Shown: positions 28,301-37,576 of the stretch, piece after piece
Layout of the letters: each line of letters opens with the position of its first letter
How positions within the stretch are numbered: position 1 is the stretch's first letter
Sequence record: DRR723986_6632
Reading direction: 5' to 3' (one strand)
Length of the DNA: 42,728 bases
Translations under genes and position numbers: made by a program
Notes under the pieces: model-generated
Databases searched by the model: none
What the model was told of the DNA's origin: nothing
Seen by the model: the letters and a program-made list of their open reading frames with translations, nothing else

Positions 28301-28810
28301 GATCGAGATAATGGATGATGGCAGAAGCCGAACCGCATAGGCACTCTCGACCACGGCTCCCGCATCGGAGCCGTCTTCATCTACGTAAATCGATTTCGCA
28401 CCGCCGACACTGAGCCCCATCGTCGCCCAAAACTTGTGTCTTACATACTGAAGGATCTGGTCCGTCAAAGCCGCACGGGGCGTAACGATAAGAACGCGCC
28501 TAATTTGCGGAAGACAGCGGCTAACGAGCGTGATTACGGCCGACTTGCCAGACCCCGTCGCCATCTTTACCAACGCAGCTTCGTTCTGCACGGCTTCGCG
28601 CTCAATTGAGCGGTTGCTGCTCAAATATGCGGCCAGAAGCGACGTCGCCGCTTCCTGATGTTCCCAAACGGATTTCGTAACGCCTTGCTGCGCCGGCCAG
28701 AACTTGTATCGCTCAAGATGATCGACAGACTGGCGATAGCGCCTGCGATCGACCTTCACAGTCGTTTTCAGCGAGTTGCGCTTGTCCTTCAAGAGCGTCT
28801 CGATATCCAT
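25319..28810 (-). CDS. SF2 (DEAD/DEAH, ResIII-like) helicase fused to C-terminal PD-(D/E)xK-like nuclease domain
   Basis: Walker A MATGSGKS, DEGH, SATP, LLEGVD, QQIGRVLR. C-terminal CDDDGQEIGDFLAID…IHAK. 1163 aa from ATG 28810. Confidence 0.85.
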   Translation of the reverse strand: MDIETLLKDKRNSLKTTVKVDRRRYRQSVDHLERYKFWPAQQGVTKSVWEHQEAATSLLAAYLSSNRSIEREAVQNEAALVKMATGSGKSAVITLVSRCLPQIRRVLIVTPRAALTDQILQYVRHKFWATMGLSVGGAKSIYVDEDGSDAGAVVESAYAVRLLPSSIISINDAGASEDRMVVVGTLQGLDQIRRQSIQKLSTDDAKNRAIEASRDFVDLLRSFDLVIVDEGHYEPAISWSRAIRDADLPTILFSATPYRNDYKSFRVKGRFVFNQPIQEALEGCIIRTPSIEALEGDEHRETDISPPALSPESTRSTPEESEDSRDQRELTTTDKADARAFAIGLAEKMKSLKAPVGLKNWKVIVRAERLPKLVLLQELLQDFTGEKALVIHHAVKRNDAKIRRYDNVHSAQQSDDSDQVRVWLHETKLLEGVDDPSFLAAAIYDNFGNTRQLVQQIGRVLRSSDDTRTTRQQAFVFASPRHAEDIDKSWQRYLKFEEYCAENTEYVVVSEAALPDRLMDVLPDLQYVEGEFRERFMLEGTLRAEDVQLPASAAVFDFKGTEFNREFIRAEISEAVLANDRFQPIEIRGLPENAVAVAYYGWKTSPWLKNHFFPEWTFGLCIVAQVGDLVFAHDTSGIVFDSRKLQITRLDQSDLVRAIPESSPDRPVRVMRMSAASLDLSERAIRAQATRTASFEHTFTDLLDPGMFPTSAFGRVGRDGRYLGFTQARVRDTKPLPLPLSEYLKWAEGVENDIVARKLSENPVFGRYAKIVPPPEKDEAMAENILIDLGDSFEDFKGQKDDQPLRDLMQDVDTPDLCADVKEGEFDVEIAGRTFACEIEYKEQTHRYRISSPELDSFFLAQSTSGRRSAFTFCEVLNRSQSFRVLPKKNKVVYANGKFYSPHGLEMREDGTFPQLDNVVAVPILAELKTEKGEKIYPKNKAAWKRQSQFGVIKAICEISEEDPIPETYGELGKELKRFDLIVCDDDGQEIGDFLAIDTERRLVCVIHAKASKDERLAAVSALQEVGRQALASLAFCSGVAVTPKVAKDRWGTDVRANDSTLVGLNRIFKNSKDLELEDVRSTILNALRNRSWNKEVWIVAARLLNLTTFRRRLESNPSNLTMQTSMYLASLTTSCARANARLRVFCHQGEEVDGVPESLDIQ

Positions 28811-29328
28811 AAATAATCCCCATGATTCTCGTCGGTGCATTCATCTGCACGTAAGCGAGACAATCTGGTCCCAAGGATCATGGGGATCCTAGATTCGTGC
28901 AACCTCAGAAAAAACTTGAATATAGCGCCATCGCTCGTCTTAGGCAGTTAGGGCGCTTTCCAATCATCCGTTCATAAAGACGTAGAATTGTCACGATCCC
29001 TTTGCCGGCACGCAAAAAAATCTGGTCGGCAATCTCATACTGATCGGCATAATATGCGTCGAATCACGCATCGGTTCCGATTTTTCTCTGAAATCCCTCA
29101 ACACGTTGTCGCCTCTGTGGTCATAGGCGTACGCTTTCTGTCTATGTTGTCGATCAGGCAGAATTGCACCCTGATGAGGGGGCAGAAGAACAAAGAAGCC
29201 ACCGGCACAGAGCGCCTTCGCGAAAACTTTCTCCGCACCTTTTAAGCCTTTTAGGCTAAACGCGTCTTTGTTTTATGTAGGATTACGCTACGCTTTGTTC
29301 GATACAACCGATCCGGTGGAGTTGTCTT

Positions 29329-30105
29329 ATGTTGTTCAAAGCTGAACAGAGCTTCCGCGATTACATCCGTCTCACTCAGGAAAACGTGACCAAGGCAGTG
29401 GCGGAGCCATCTCCATTGTTTGCCGGGGTCGAGCGCTTCTGCGACTTCTTCCAAGAGGATCTTCTGGCCGGTGAACAAGATCTCACGCCGACGGCCGCCT
29501 TCCTGCTGATGAATAGCTACATGCTCTACGTGAGCAGCGTTGCCACGGCCACGACGGGACACGCTGTTGCCATCTACCCCCTGCTGCGGACCGCGCTGGA
29601 ATCAGCGTGCTACGGTTATCTGATGAAATCGGACATGGCGGTGGAACGCCTTTGGTTAGACCGTCATAGCAGCGACGCCGCCATGAGAGCGGCGCGGAGG
29701 AAATTCAACTCAGCGGTGAAGGATGTAGCAAAAGCGATCGACAAAGCAGAGCCCAATACAGGCAAGGCGAATCTGATTAATCAGGCATACCAAGGAGCGA
29801 TCGATTGGGGCGCCCACCCCAATCCAAATGCGATCTATAGGCACATGCAGGCGCCAAAAGATATAGGCACTCATTTCCAGGTCGATTTGACCGGGCTGCA
29901 TAGGCGGGGATCACTGGAATACGAAAGGTCGCTGCTTGCTTGTCTCGATTTTGGCGTGCTCCTCGGTATCGTGATCGTCCATAGTTTAAGCACTGTCAGC
30001 AAGGACACATTACGCAAACTAAGGGAACTCAATGATTTGAAGGAGGCGCTATTGGAGAGCGAGTTTCCCGACACCTATGCCGCGATGGGGCCTATCAAAC
30101 GATGA
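29329..30105 (+). CDS. Hypothetical helical protein, possibly HEPN-like
   Basis: GGAG RBS. LLRTALE and AYQGAIDWGAHPN resemble the R…E and Y…H patterns of divergent HEPN/DUF5677-type proteins. Confidence 0.65.
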   Translation: MLFKAEQSFRDYIRLTQENVTKAVAEPSPLFAGVERFCDFFQEDLLAGEQDLTPTAAFLLMNSYMLYVSSVATATTGHAVAIYPLLRTALESACYGYLMKSDMAVERLWLDRHSSDAAMRAARRKFNSAVKDVAKAIDKAEPNTGKANLINQAYQGAIDWGAHPNPNAIYRHMQAPKDIGTHFQVDLTGLHRRGSLEYERSLLACLDFGVLLGIVIVHSLSTVSKDTLRKLRELNDLKEALLESEFPDTYAAMGPIKR

Positions 30106-30382
30106 CCTCAGTATTCGTTGGAAACGCTCATTTCAGACAGCCGGATGCGATGCTACTCGGCATCGAGTGCGGAGCTATCACTTCCTTCGCCTTTTTATCG
30201 AGCGCATTGAGCGGCATCTGCTAGCCTTTGTGAAGCTGAACTACATGATCATTTGTTGCTGCATTGGCAACCGTTCCTCCCCCGCCCAGCCCGTCGCATG
30301 TTGCCTCTATTAAGCGACGCCAGTAAATTTTTATAGCCGTCGCTCAAGTCATCTCCTCAATTTGCGGAGAAACACGACCGGC

Positions 30383-31069
30383 TTATTCCAGCGCATCCGC
30401 TACCGCTTCATCTGGATAGACTGTGCGATTTAACCGTGAAACGAGGCTTTCAAGGAAACTAGCCACTCGTTGCGCGTACTGTGGCTGGATATGTCGGACG
30501 GCGCCAGTTGTCTCTCTATCACCTTCATGCGCGATTTGGTTCCTACGCTTTACGTAGTTTGCAAGCGTCCGTTTCAAATCGTCCGCTGTACTATTAGGTC
30601 CAGGCCAAAGTGCTGAAACTGACTGAAAGATGTTGACATAGCCAATCATCTCAAACCCATTCTGAATCTTTTCAGGAGATTGATACGAGAGGTAAGACAA
30701 CGTCTGACTATTTAGCCGCGAGGACAACTCTTGCGCAACGTTTCCTACCGACATGATTGGGAACGCTTCACGAAAAGAATTGGCATTCTTGATCGGCACA
30801 ATGGATGCCATTGCGTCCGCAAGCTGATCTGGGATTGGGTTAGCTTGCAGCGCCAAGGGGATCTGATCATAGATGACCGCATGCACGTATGCGTCGAGAG
30901 CTGACATTGAGCTCACTATGGCAGAACGAGGAAGCCATAGAAGATCTTCATTTTGAACCGTCAATCGTCCGCGCTGGCCCAGTCCTCGACTTCGTCTTAG
31001 CTCCCTGTACATGTCGGTCAGACTTTGCGCCGATGCAATAGAATTCTGAAAATCAGTATAAGCTGTCAT
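30383..31069 (-). CDS. HEPN-domain protein (putative RNase)
   Basis: RSAIVSSMSALDAYVH, YQSPEKI and the RxxxxH motif KRRNQIAHEGD. Confidence 0.8.
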   Translation of the reverse strand: MTAYTDFQNSIASAQSLTDMYRELRRSRGLGQRGRLTVQNEDLLWLPRSAIVSSMSALDAYVHAVIYDQIPLALQANPIPDQLADAMASIVPIKNANSFREAFPIMSVGNVAQELSSRLNSQTLSYLSYQSPEKIQNGFEMIGYVNIFQSVSALWPGPNSTADDLKRTLANYVKRRNQIAHEGDRETTGAVRHIQPQYAQRVASFLESLVSRLNRTVYPDEAVADALE

Positions 31070-31197
31070 CTTTATGATCGTACGTGTCTGATTTCTGGTT
31101 GCTTGCGCGCATATATGCGAATGGGAAGACTACGCAAAATCCGCTTTCCAAAGTGCGGGAAATTGAGGCGACCTTTGTGAGAATTTTCCATGGCCAA

Positions 31198-32481
31198 TTA
31201 TGCCCCCTCTTCGACAGACGGCGATTCAATTGGAGGGCGCGGGAAGCGAACATCAACAATCTGCTCAACAATTGCTAATAGGTCCGGAAGTTTCTCCAGA
31301 GTTTGATCGCTTTCGTAGAGTGGGCAGCCTTTTTCGCCCTCGAGGGCAAAGCCAGCTTTACAGGGCTTCGTCGTGTTCTGAAGCACAAAATAGCTATCAT
31401 CACCTTCCGTATCGTCGAAGCCAGCTCGAGAAAATCTTCGCGGATAGCTTTCGACCGACATCGCTTCGCTGACTAGCGTAGTCAGAGGATGATCGAAAAA
31501 CCTTTCGCAATCCGATGTACAAACATCACGGATTTCACCCATTAGGCGGTCGAGTACAGGCAAGAAGAGCTGATCTGCCACCTCGTCTGGCATTTTCTCT
31601 CCATCTAAGGAAAGCCCATGTTCGACGATCATTGCAGCAATATCATCAGAGGAGCTGACCTGGAGGGCTGCCAGGATCAAGTGAGCAATCGTCTCGAGGA
31701 TAGGTTCTTGCTTTTCGCCAACACGAAACAACCGAAAATAAAGGTAACCAAGATTCGACAGCGCGATAAGTAGTGTATGGACACGTTCGACAGGTTCTGC
31801 AATCGCTGCCCAAGGTCTGCGCTCGATATTGCCCCGCGCAAACTCATTGGCGATGAGTGCGATACGCTGAAGGGGCGCTATCTTGATTGTGCTCCGATGT
31901 CTCCAAAATGTTTGAAGAACGCGTTCAGACGAATACTCAAGTCGCTCCCAAAAGCGCTTTTCGACTGCCATCAGCAGTCCTTCCGGACTAAGGGCTTCCG
32001 AAAATAGTCGCAGTACCACGTTCGGATGCTTCGAAAGGAGCCGCTCCAGTGTTTCGTGATCCCAAAGCTTGATGCGTGGCAGTGGATGGCTCTTTTGCCA
32101 ATCCTTGACCCAATCGCGGGTTGGATTTGAATAAGTCGTATTCGTTGCGATCACCAAGTAGGCCAAGTTATGCTGGGAAGTCGAATTGTTTACCGCCTCT
32201 TTGACCTCGGAAGCCTCAACAGTCCCCTTTCTTCCCTTGCACTCAATCCACCATCGTTGCGGTTCCATATCGCCGTCTGGAGCAGGAACATAAAAATTAG
32301 CTTCCAGATCGCGACCACCATCGGCTGCACCGCCACCTTTTCCACCGGTACGCCACTCGAGATCACGTGCGCCCATGGAATCAAAAAGCCAATAGACAAC
32401 TTCCTCCAGATCGCGGCTTTTGAGGCCCGCAAACGGGATCGATGCCGGTAGGACCAAATCCACCGCGTCGGTATCGTTCAT
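31198..32481 (-). CDS. Mrr-like restriction endonuclease domain protein with uncharacterised C-terminus
   Basis: LEEVVYWLFDSMG, ADGGRDLEA, IECKG, LVIATNTTYS, LWDHETLERLL. GGGGGGAGG RBS. Confidence 0.82.
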   Translation of the reverse strand: MNDTDAVDLVLPASIPFAGLKSRDLEEVVYWLFDSMGARDLEWRTGGKGGGAADGGRDLEANFYVPAPDGDMEPQRWWIECKGRKGTVEASEVKEAVNNSTSQHNLAYLVIATNTTYSNPTRDWVKDWQKSHPLPRIKLWDHETLERLLSKHPNVVLRLFSEALSPEGLLMAVEKRFWERLEYSSERVLQTFWRHRSTIKIAPLQRIALIANEFARGNIERRPWAAIAEPVERVHTLLIALSNLGYLYFRLFRVGEKQEPILETIAHLILAALQVSSSDDIAAMIVEHGLSLDGEKMPDEVADQLFLPVLDRLMGEIRDVCTSDCERFFDHPLTTLVSEAMSVESYPRRFSRAGFDDTEGDDSYFVLQNTTKPCKAGFALEGEKGCPLYESDQTLEKLPDLLAIVEQIVDVRFPRPPIESPSVEEGA

Positions 32482-32631
32482 CCTCCCCCCTGAGCGTAAC
32501 GTGACAAATCACCATAAACCGTAAGCCTTGAAACGCTGAATATTTCCCCTAGATCACAAATCAAATCTTCTCCCGCACCTTATAACCACTTTAGTTCCTC
32601 CCACTTCTTCAGCAATAACTTTGGCTTTTTA

Positions 32632-32770
32632 CTACGAAGCTTCCACCTTTGCTCGAGCGATCGCGATCCCTTCGCGTGTGTGCGTGCAGATGAGATCGAC
32701 TTTCATTTCCGCAAAGGTCGCCAGAATACTGAAAAACATCTTACCCATTGGATCTTGCGCGTCATAGATG
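32632..32770 (-). pseudogene. Serine resolvase/invertase internal fragment
   Basis: IYDAQDPMGKMFFSILATFAEMKVDLICTHTREGIAIARAK matches resolvase helix E. No catalytic N-terminus or HTH. Confidence 0.75.
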
Positions 32771-33222
32771 GTTTCGCTGAGTGAACTGGAATTTTCCAAT
32801 GATGAAACCTGCTCGGAGAAAGAGTGAAAGAGACGAGAAGTATGCCCGCTTTCAGAGGGGGCAATACCGTGCTTCGTACGTCCCAAATGAGGCCGTCTTA
32901 CTGACTGGTAGGTTACGCCGACGAAAGCCCATCAACTCTGGGGTCACGTATGGGCGCTTAGCCTGCTAGGATCGGACTGAGCTGCCTTCCACTGGCCCTA
33001 GAAATGATGTTGATTCCGGCCCGAAGCTACCATCGAAGCAAATGATAAATCGCTGCATGCGGAGCCCACATTGCTGGCATTGGCGACTGATGAAGCTTAG
33101 TTGATTACAAATTTGCTTTCTCGTCCATCAAGTAGATGGGAAAGGTTTGAGAACTCCAATACATCTATTGAATGAACAATTTTGATTGAAGCGCTAAGGA
33201 AAATTGCGTCAGCAAAAGTGTG

Positions 33223-33702
33223 CTAAACATCATAATTGGCTTCAAGCCTTGACCATATTTGGGCCTCATGGAGTGACACATGCAACCCCATGGGAAACTC
33301 GGCTGTGCCGACAATTACCATAAGGAATGCATTCAAGTCGTGCTTTGAGCGTGCGAAAAGGTCGGCCATTGATGCTAGGTCGGTGCCAGATGGCGTGGGA
33401 GCAGCTTGCGGGTGCGTGTGCCAATCTCCGAAGAAGTGCAACCCAGACTTATGCAGCGCACTAATTTCCCGGCGTTCAGCAATGCGATCAGCGATGAAAA
33501 AGAACCGCCCTCTTCGGTCTGAGCTTCTTGGGCCGGTCGCCAGCTTGATTTTGATGCATTTACCTTCAACCACACCGAATAGTTGGCCACCAGATTCCGG
33601 CATTTTGGGATCCAACTGTCGCCATTTGGAAAAGTGATCGAGAACACTTTTTTCAATGGACAAATATTGCCCGCTTCCGCCAATCGGGTAGCGAGTACTC
33701 AT
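33223..33702 (-). CDS. cap3: CBASS Cap3 JAB/JAMM isopeptidase
   Basis: PESGGQLFG and GDWHTHPQAAPTPSGTD (E…HxH…SxxD). ATGA overlap with cap2. Confidence 0.9.
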   Translation of the reverse strand: MSTRYPIGGSGQYLSIEKSVLDHFSKWRQLDPKMPESGGQLFGVVEGKCIKIKLATGPRSSDRRGRFFFIADRIAERREISALHKSGLHFFGDWHTHPQAAPTPSGTDLASMADLFARSKHDLNAFLMVIVGTAEFPMGLHVSLHEAQIWSRLEANYDV

Positions 33703-35519
33703 TCATTTCCGCAAAAAGAGCAGCCCTCTTTTTGTTTCCACTCAAATTTTCTTGATCCGCCAAACTCAGGTTTGACGGAAAAACTCTTAAGGAAATCTGC
33801 GTTCAAATGCCCTCCTTGCTCCAAAATCTCTTCCTTCGACGCCCAGTACACAGCCTCAGTTCCGGGAAGTACCTCACCAAGCAGTGATTTAGTAGCGGTC
33901 TTAGCCACCAAAGCCGCAACCTCCGAAAGCGATACTGGCCCATAGGGCTGAAAACTCGCCCCACAATGTGGCTGATTGCGCATTGTGTCATTTTCCCACT
34001 CACAAACCGTTCGAAGCGGCGTCCCGCACTGATCCATGCCACAAGCAAAGCAGGCGCCCTTAGACCCGATCAATACCGCATGCCCTGCCACAGAAAATGG
34101 TTCTGCCCATCCGTAGAGCACAGGTGGGAGCTCCGCTTCATTCCTAGCTACTTGGTTGAGCTTACCTTCTGCTAGCCAACTGCCAACTGTAGATATTATC
34201 AAGTCAACGTTCTGAAATACCTCGGGGCGCTTTTGAAATAGCGAAAACCAGTCCTCCGCAAAATGTTCAACCGAGTGCATGTGTGGAAAATTTCTAGTCA
34301 ATTTTTCTGCAAGCGACCTTGCTTTATACATCCTGACTTCGGAGACCCCCAACACGTGACGACCAACATTTGGATAATCTAGGAGTTCAGGGTCAACCAA
34401 GGTGATTGAGCCAACACCTGTCTTAGCTAGAAGCAGAGCCGCCTCACTTCCCAATGATCCTGCACCGATCATAAGAATTCGCTTGCTGAACAATGGCGCA
34501 AATGCAGGGGTATCACGTCCATGAATCCACGATGTGTCCGCTCGCACGGTCTCGTGCCGCTCAACCTTGTTCGCCCCGAACTGCCGCAGCATTCGGATTG
34601 TGGTCGGCACCTTTCCGCTGCGAAAGCCTTTCCGCAGCATGTCTGGACGTCGGTCAGAAGGCATGCCCTGTTTCGTCGGAGGCCTTACTTCAACCGCAAA
34701 GAAAACGGGCCCGTCATCTGTGCGCCCCTCGAAGGACACGGTGAACTTGTCATCAGCGTTTTCGGCCGCACTTGCCAACAATCCGACGGCTTCGGGCGCC
34801 AGTTCTCGCACAAAACGCAGAACCGTCGCGCCCGACCCCGGGTATTCCGAAGGCAGAATGGGCCTATCTAGGACGATGTGTGTTGCAGTAGTGAACTTGT
34901 ACCCCTTCTTGTTCCTAGGAAAGCGGTTGCGAAGCCAACGTTCCAAGGCCGTATTGTCGTCCCCCAGATAGTAGTCACCTGTGGTGCACCATAGCGAAAC
35001 GGTGCGAGAGGTACCGCCAGGTGACAGAAGGCTGACAATATTTTTGCCTGCCTCTGATTTGCTCCAATAAGAGCCGAACTCATCGGCAAAATCATTGAGA
35101 AATGCCTCATCATATGAAGCGACTATCAGTCGTGCAGCTTCTTTGATCGCATCCAAAATCACCCCTTTAGAATTCAGCGGGTCGTGTGCTGTCCCCGGTG
35201 GGTAGAGGCAAAATGCACCGTCTTTCTCGATGTGTGGGAATTGCTTAAATTGAAATTTTTCCGGACAGTAAATACGAGGCATCGTCCAAGGAAAATCCCG
35301 AAAGATCACCAATTGAAGATCAAAGTGATCATCTTGATGCTCGAAAGGGATAACCCATCCGCAGATTGGGTCTCTGACTTCATACCTAGACAACTCGCCC
35401 GGAGTTAGGTCTCGGACATTCGGATATTGCGCATGCACCCACAGGGACAACTCAGCCAGCGTGAGATCGGCAGCTTCAAATGATCCGGTCAAACTGCGGT
35501 TACCCGTAGCGCCCCCCAC
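33699..35519 (-). CDS. cap2: CBASS Cap2 E2/E1 (ThiF) fusion
   Basis: E2-like FPHIEKDGAFCLY. E1 IGAGSLG, NVGRH, CFAC…CSFC Zn site, catalytic PHCGASFQPYG. Start uncertain. Confidence 0.9.
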   Translation of the reverse strand: MGGATGNRSLTGSFEAADLTLAELSLWVHAQYPNVRDLTPGELSRYEVRDPICGWVIPFEHQDDHFDLQLVIFRDFPWTMPRIYCPEKFQFKQFPHIEKDGAFCLYPPGTAHDPLNSKGVILDAIKEAARLIVASYDEAFLNDFADEFGSYWSKSEAGKNIVSLLSPGGTSRTVSLWCTTGDYYLGDDNTALERWLRNRFPRNKKGYKFTTATHIVLDRPILPSEYPGSGATVLRFVRELAPEAVGLLASAAENADDKFTVSFEGRTDDGPVFFAVEVRPPTKQGMPSDRRPDMLRKGFRSGKVPTTIRMLRQFGANKVERHETVRADTSWIHGRDTPAFAPLFSKRILMIGAGSLGSEAALLLAKTGVGSITLVDPELLDYPNVGRHVLGVSEVRMYKARSLAEKLTRNFPHMHSVEHFAEDWFSLFQKRPEVFQNVDLIISTVGSWLAEGKLNQVARNEAELPPVLYGWAEPFSVAGHAVLIGSKGACFACGMDQCGTPLRTVCEWENDTMRNQPHCGASFQPYGPVSLSEVAALVAKTATKSLLGEVLPGTEAVYWASKEEILEQGGHLNADFLKSFSVKPEFGGSRKFEWKQKEGCSFCGNE

Positions 35520-36744
35520 CCTGCTTGTTTACAGCGGTAAGGCCATTGCTGTGCTCTGCGTCAATCTTGTCCAGCATCCCCATAGTAAGGGCCGTAGGCG
35601 CAGCCAATTCATTCGCCTTGGTTTCAGGGCCAGCGTCCGGCACATAGAGAGTAAGGTCGTCTGGGATACGCCCGCCAAATTGCTCTTGAAGAGCTTCATA
35701 TGCCGTTGCCCGATCTGAGGATTGCTCCAGAGCCTCTGCCAAACGCTCTGAAAGCACTTTAGCTTTCGCAACGAAATCTATGCGTTCCTCGACGGACCAC
35801 CCCTGATCAAGACGCTCGCCCGCCACGACCGGATTTGGAACGTCAGTTGAGAGAAACTCGGGCAATTCTTCTGCCACACGCAACAACGCGAGGTCATCTC
35901 TGTCACTAGCAATTGCTGCCGAAACCTTCTCAAAGACCGACACGACTGCGGCCATTAGCGCTATCGATGCCAGCCTTCCCTCGGGCCATTGAAAGTCTTT
36001 CCAACCCTTGAGATAGCGGCTTACTGTTCGAACTTGTTCGCCGTACTCCTTCACAGCATCGATAAACCAGTCTTCGAGTTTACGTGGATCGGACTTTTTC
36101 CAACCCTCGTTCCGGTGCGCAAGCATGATCTGGTCTTGCGACAGCATCCTATACGCGGTGTCCTCCATCATGACTTCTGTCGCAAAGTCGACGCCACGAT
36201 TTTTAGCGTCTTTCAAGATACGCTGAAAATCTGCGTCTGGCACTGAGTACAATGCAAGATCTGTGTGCATAGTGTCGTCAATCTTGACCCGGATACACGA
36301 CGGCTTGTCAGTTACGAGTTGCCAGCCCTTCTTTTCGCACAGCGGCGCGAGGATGCGCTCGATAATGAAAAAGTAGGCAGCACTTTGGATCACTGGGGAC
36401 CTTTCTCCATCCTTAAGAAAATAGGAGACTGGCATGAACAGCCCATCGTCCAGATCAACCTCCTGAGGTGGAACATGCGCCGGTTGATTGCACGTGTGAT
36501 ATGAAAAGCTACCTTGCATCCTGAATTTTGGAGTTTGGAAGCTCCGAGCTAACAAAGGCGAGTGGTCTTCGAACAAGACCTGATCACCTAACGATTTCGC
36601 AAATGCCCCAAACCGCGAGGAGATTTCGCCACGAATCTCATCCCGAGCGTTCCGCAGGGACTGCTCCTGATGCTCTGGAAGGTTTAGTGCGAACTTGTAT
36701 CCCGAAGGACGGGACACGAATGCTTTGTGTGCGTTAACGGGCAT
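35500..36744 (-). CDS. CBASS CD-NTase, DncV-like
   Basis: PKFRMQGSFSYHTCNQPAHVPPQEVDLDDG, KPSCIRV, HTDLALYSVP, SDPRKL, RYLKGWKDFQW. C-terminus GGGRYG. Confidence 0.93.
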   Translation of the reverse strand: MPVNAHKAFVSRPSGYKFALNLPEHQEQSLRNARDEIRGEISSRFGAFAKSLGDQVLFEDHSPLLARSFQTPKFRMQGSFSYHTCNQPAHVPPQEVDLDDGLFMPVSYFLKDGERSPVIQSAAYFFIIERILAPLCEKKGWQLVTDKPSCIRVKIDDTMHTDLALYSVPDADFQRILKDAKNRGVDFATEVMMEDTAYRMLSQDQIMLAHRNEGWKKSDPRKLEDWFIDAVKEYGEQVRTVSRYLKGWKDFQWPEGRLASIALMAAVVSVFEKVSAAIASDRDDLALLRVAEELPEFLSTDVPNPVVAGERLDQGWSVEERIDFVAKAKVLSERLAEALEQSSDRATAYEALQEQFGGRIPDDLTLYVPDAGPETKANELAAPTALTMGMLDKIDAEHSNGLTAVNKQGGGRYG

Positions 36745-36844
36745 TCAACTGTCTCTCCTGCGGTTTTATCTTAATATTGTATTGCTGGCTGCGCATATAC
36801 TGCGGAGCGTTACGTTGATTCTTCAATACCAGAGGTAGAGCTCC

Positions 36845-37576
36845 GTGGCAAAGTTCGTTTCCCTTTCGTTCTGGATCACTCTAGCCGTTTACTTGGCTCT
36901 TGCCTCGCCGCTTGCTGTTGGCTGGTTCGAAACTTGGCTCGCGACCAACGTGCCATTACTGGGAGCGCATGTTGCCAACCTACTGACCTCTAGGGTCATA
37001 GCGGTAATAATCTGGGGAGGGATTGCGCTTTTTGTAGTCGCGCCCGGCTGGCGTCTGGCGTGGAAGCTCCCCATTCTGGGCAAGTGGCTTTCAAACCGCT
37101 TTTTCCCCGATTTGAACGGCAAATGGGTTGTGACGATCCAGTCCAATTGGCCAATTGTGGATCGCCTGCTGAGTGCCGCAGCGAGTAACGAGAACACATT
37201 CGACCCCTTCGTCGACAAAATGCCCGATCTACTCGAAGCGAGCTTCGACGTTAAAATTAAGCAATCGTGGTTTCGGACAGACGTAGAGTTCTTGCCCAAT
37301 GAAGATACGCCACTAATGACTTCCGAAACGATCTCAGTCGAATTTCTTAAATCCGACAATGGAAAGAAATCAATTGCATGGATTTTTGAGCAGACCAGCA
37401 AGCAAGACAATACGCACCGCCTCGCGGTCACTGACCAGCCGAAGTTCCACGGCTCTGCGGTATTCTCCTTGAACGAGGACGCGACAGTGCTTCAAGGACA
37501 ATACTGGCAAAATCGGTCATGGGACCGTGGATTGAATTCCGCCGGTCTAATCACAATGAAACGAGCCGCAAAGTAG
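36845..37576 (+). CDS. Cap15-like 2TM beta-barrel (S-2TM-beta) CBASS effector
   Basis: Two TM helices, then PDLNGKW…SNW, IKQSW, FHGSA, LQGQYWQNR. Divergent from the CD-NTase. Confidence 0.8.
   Translation: MAKFVSLSFWITLAVYLALASPLAVGWFETWLATNVPLLGAHVANLLTSRVIAVIIWGGIALFVVAPGWRLAWKLPILGKWLSNRFFPDLNGKWVVTIQSNWPIVDRLLSAAASNENTFDPFVDKMPDLLEASFDVKIKQSWFRTDVEFLPNEDTPLMTSETISVEFLKSDNGKKSIAWIFEQTSKQDNTHRLAVTDQPKFHGSAVFSLNEDATVLQGQYWQNRSWDRGLNSAGLITMKRAAK

Noticed and set aside
28988-29245. Short ORFs in island spacers (also 30077-30313, 37519-37752) and 12843-13112
   Set aside because: No clear RBS, motifs or protein-like composition; treated as non-coding.
25319-32481. Classical type I/III restriction-modification system
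   Set aside because: No methyltransferase motifs (FxGxG with DPPY/NPPY) or specificity subunit found in the element.
32632-32886. Functional resolvase gene
   Set aside because: Only about 45 aa resemble a resolvase. The catalytic Ser domain and DNA-binding domain are missing.
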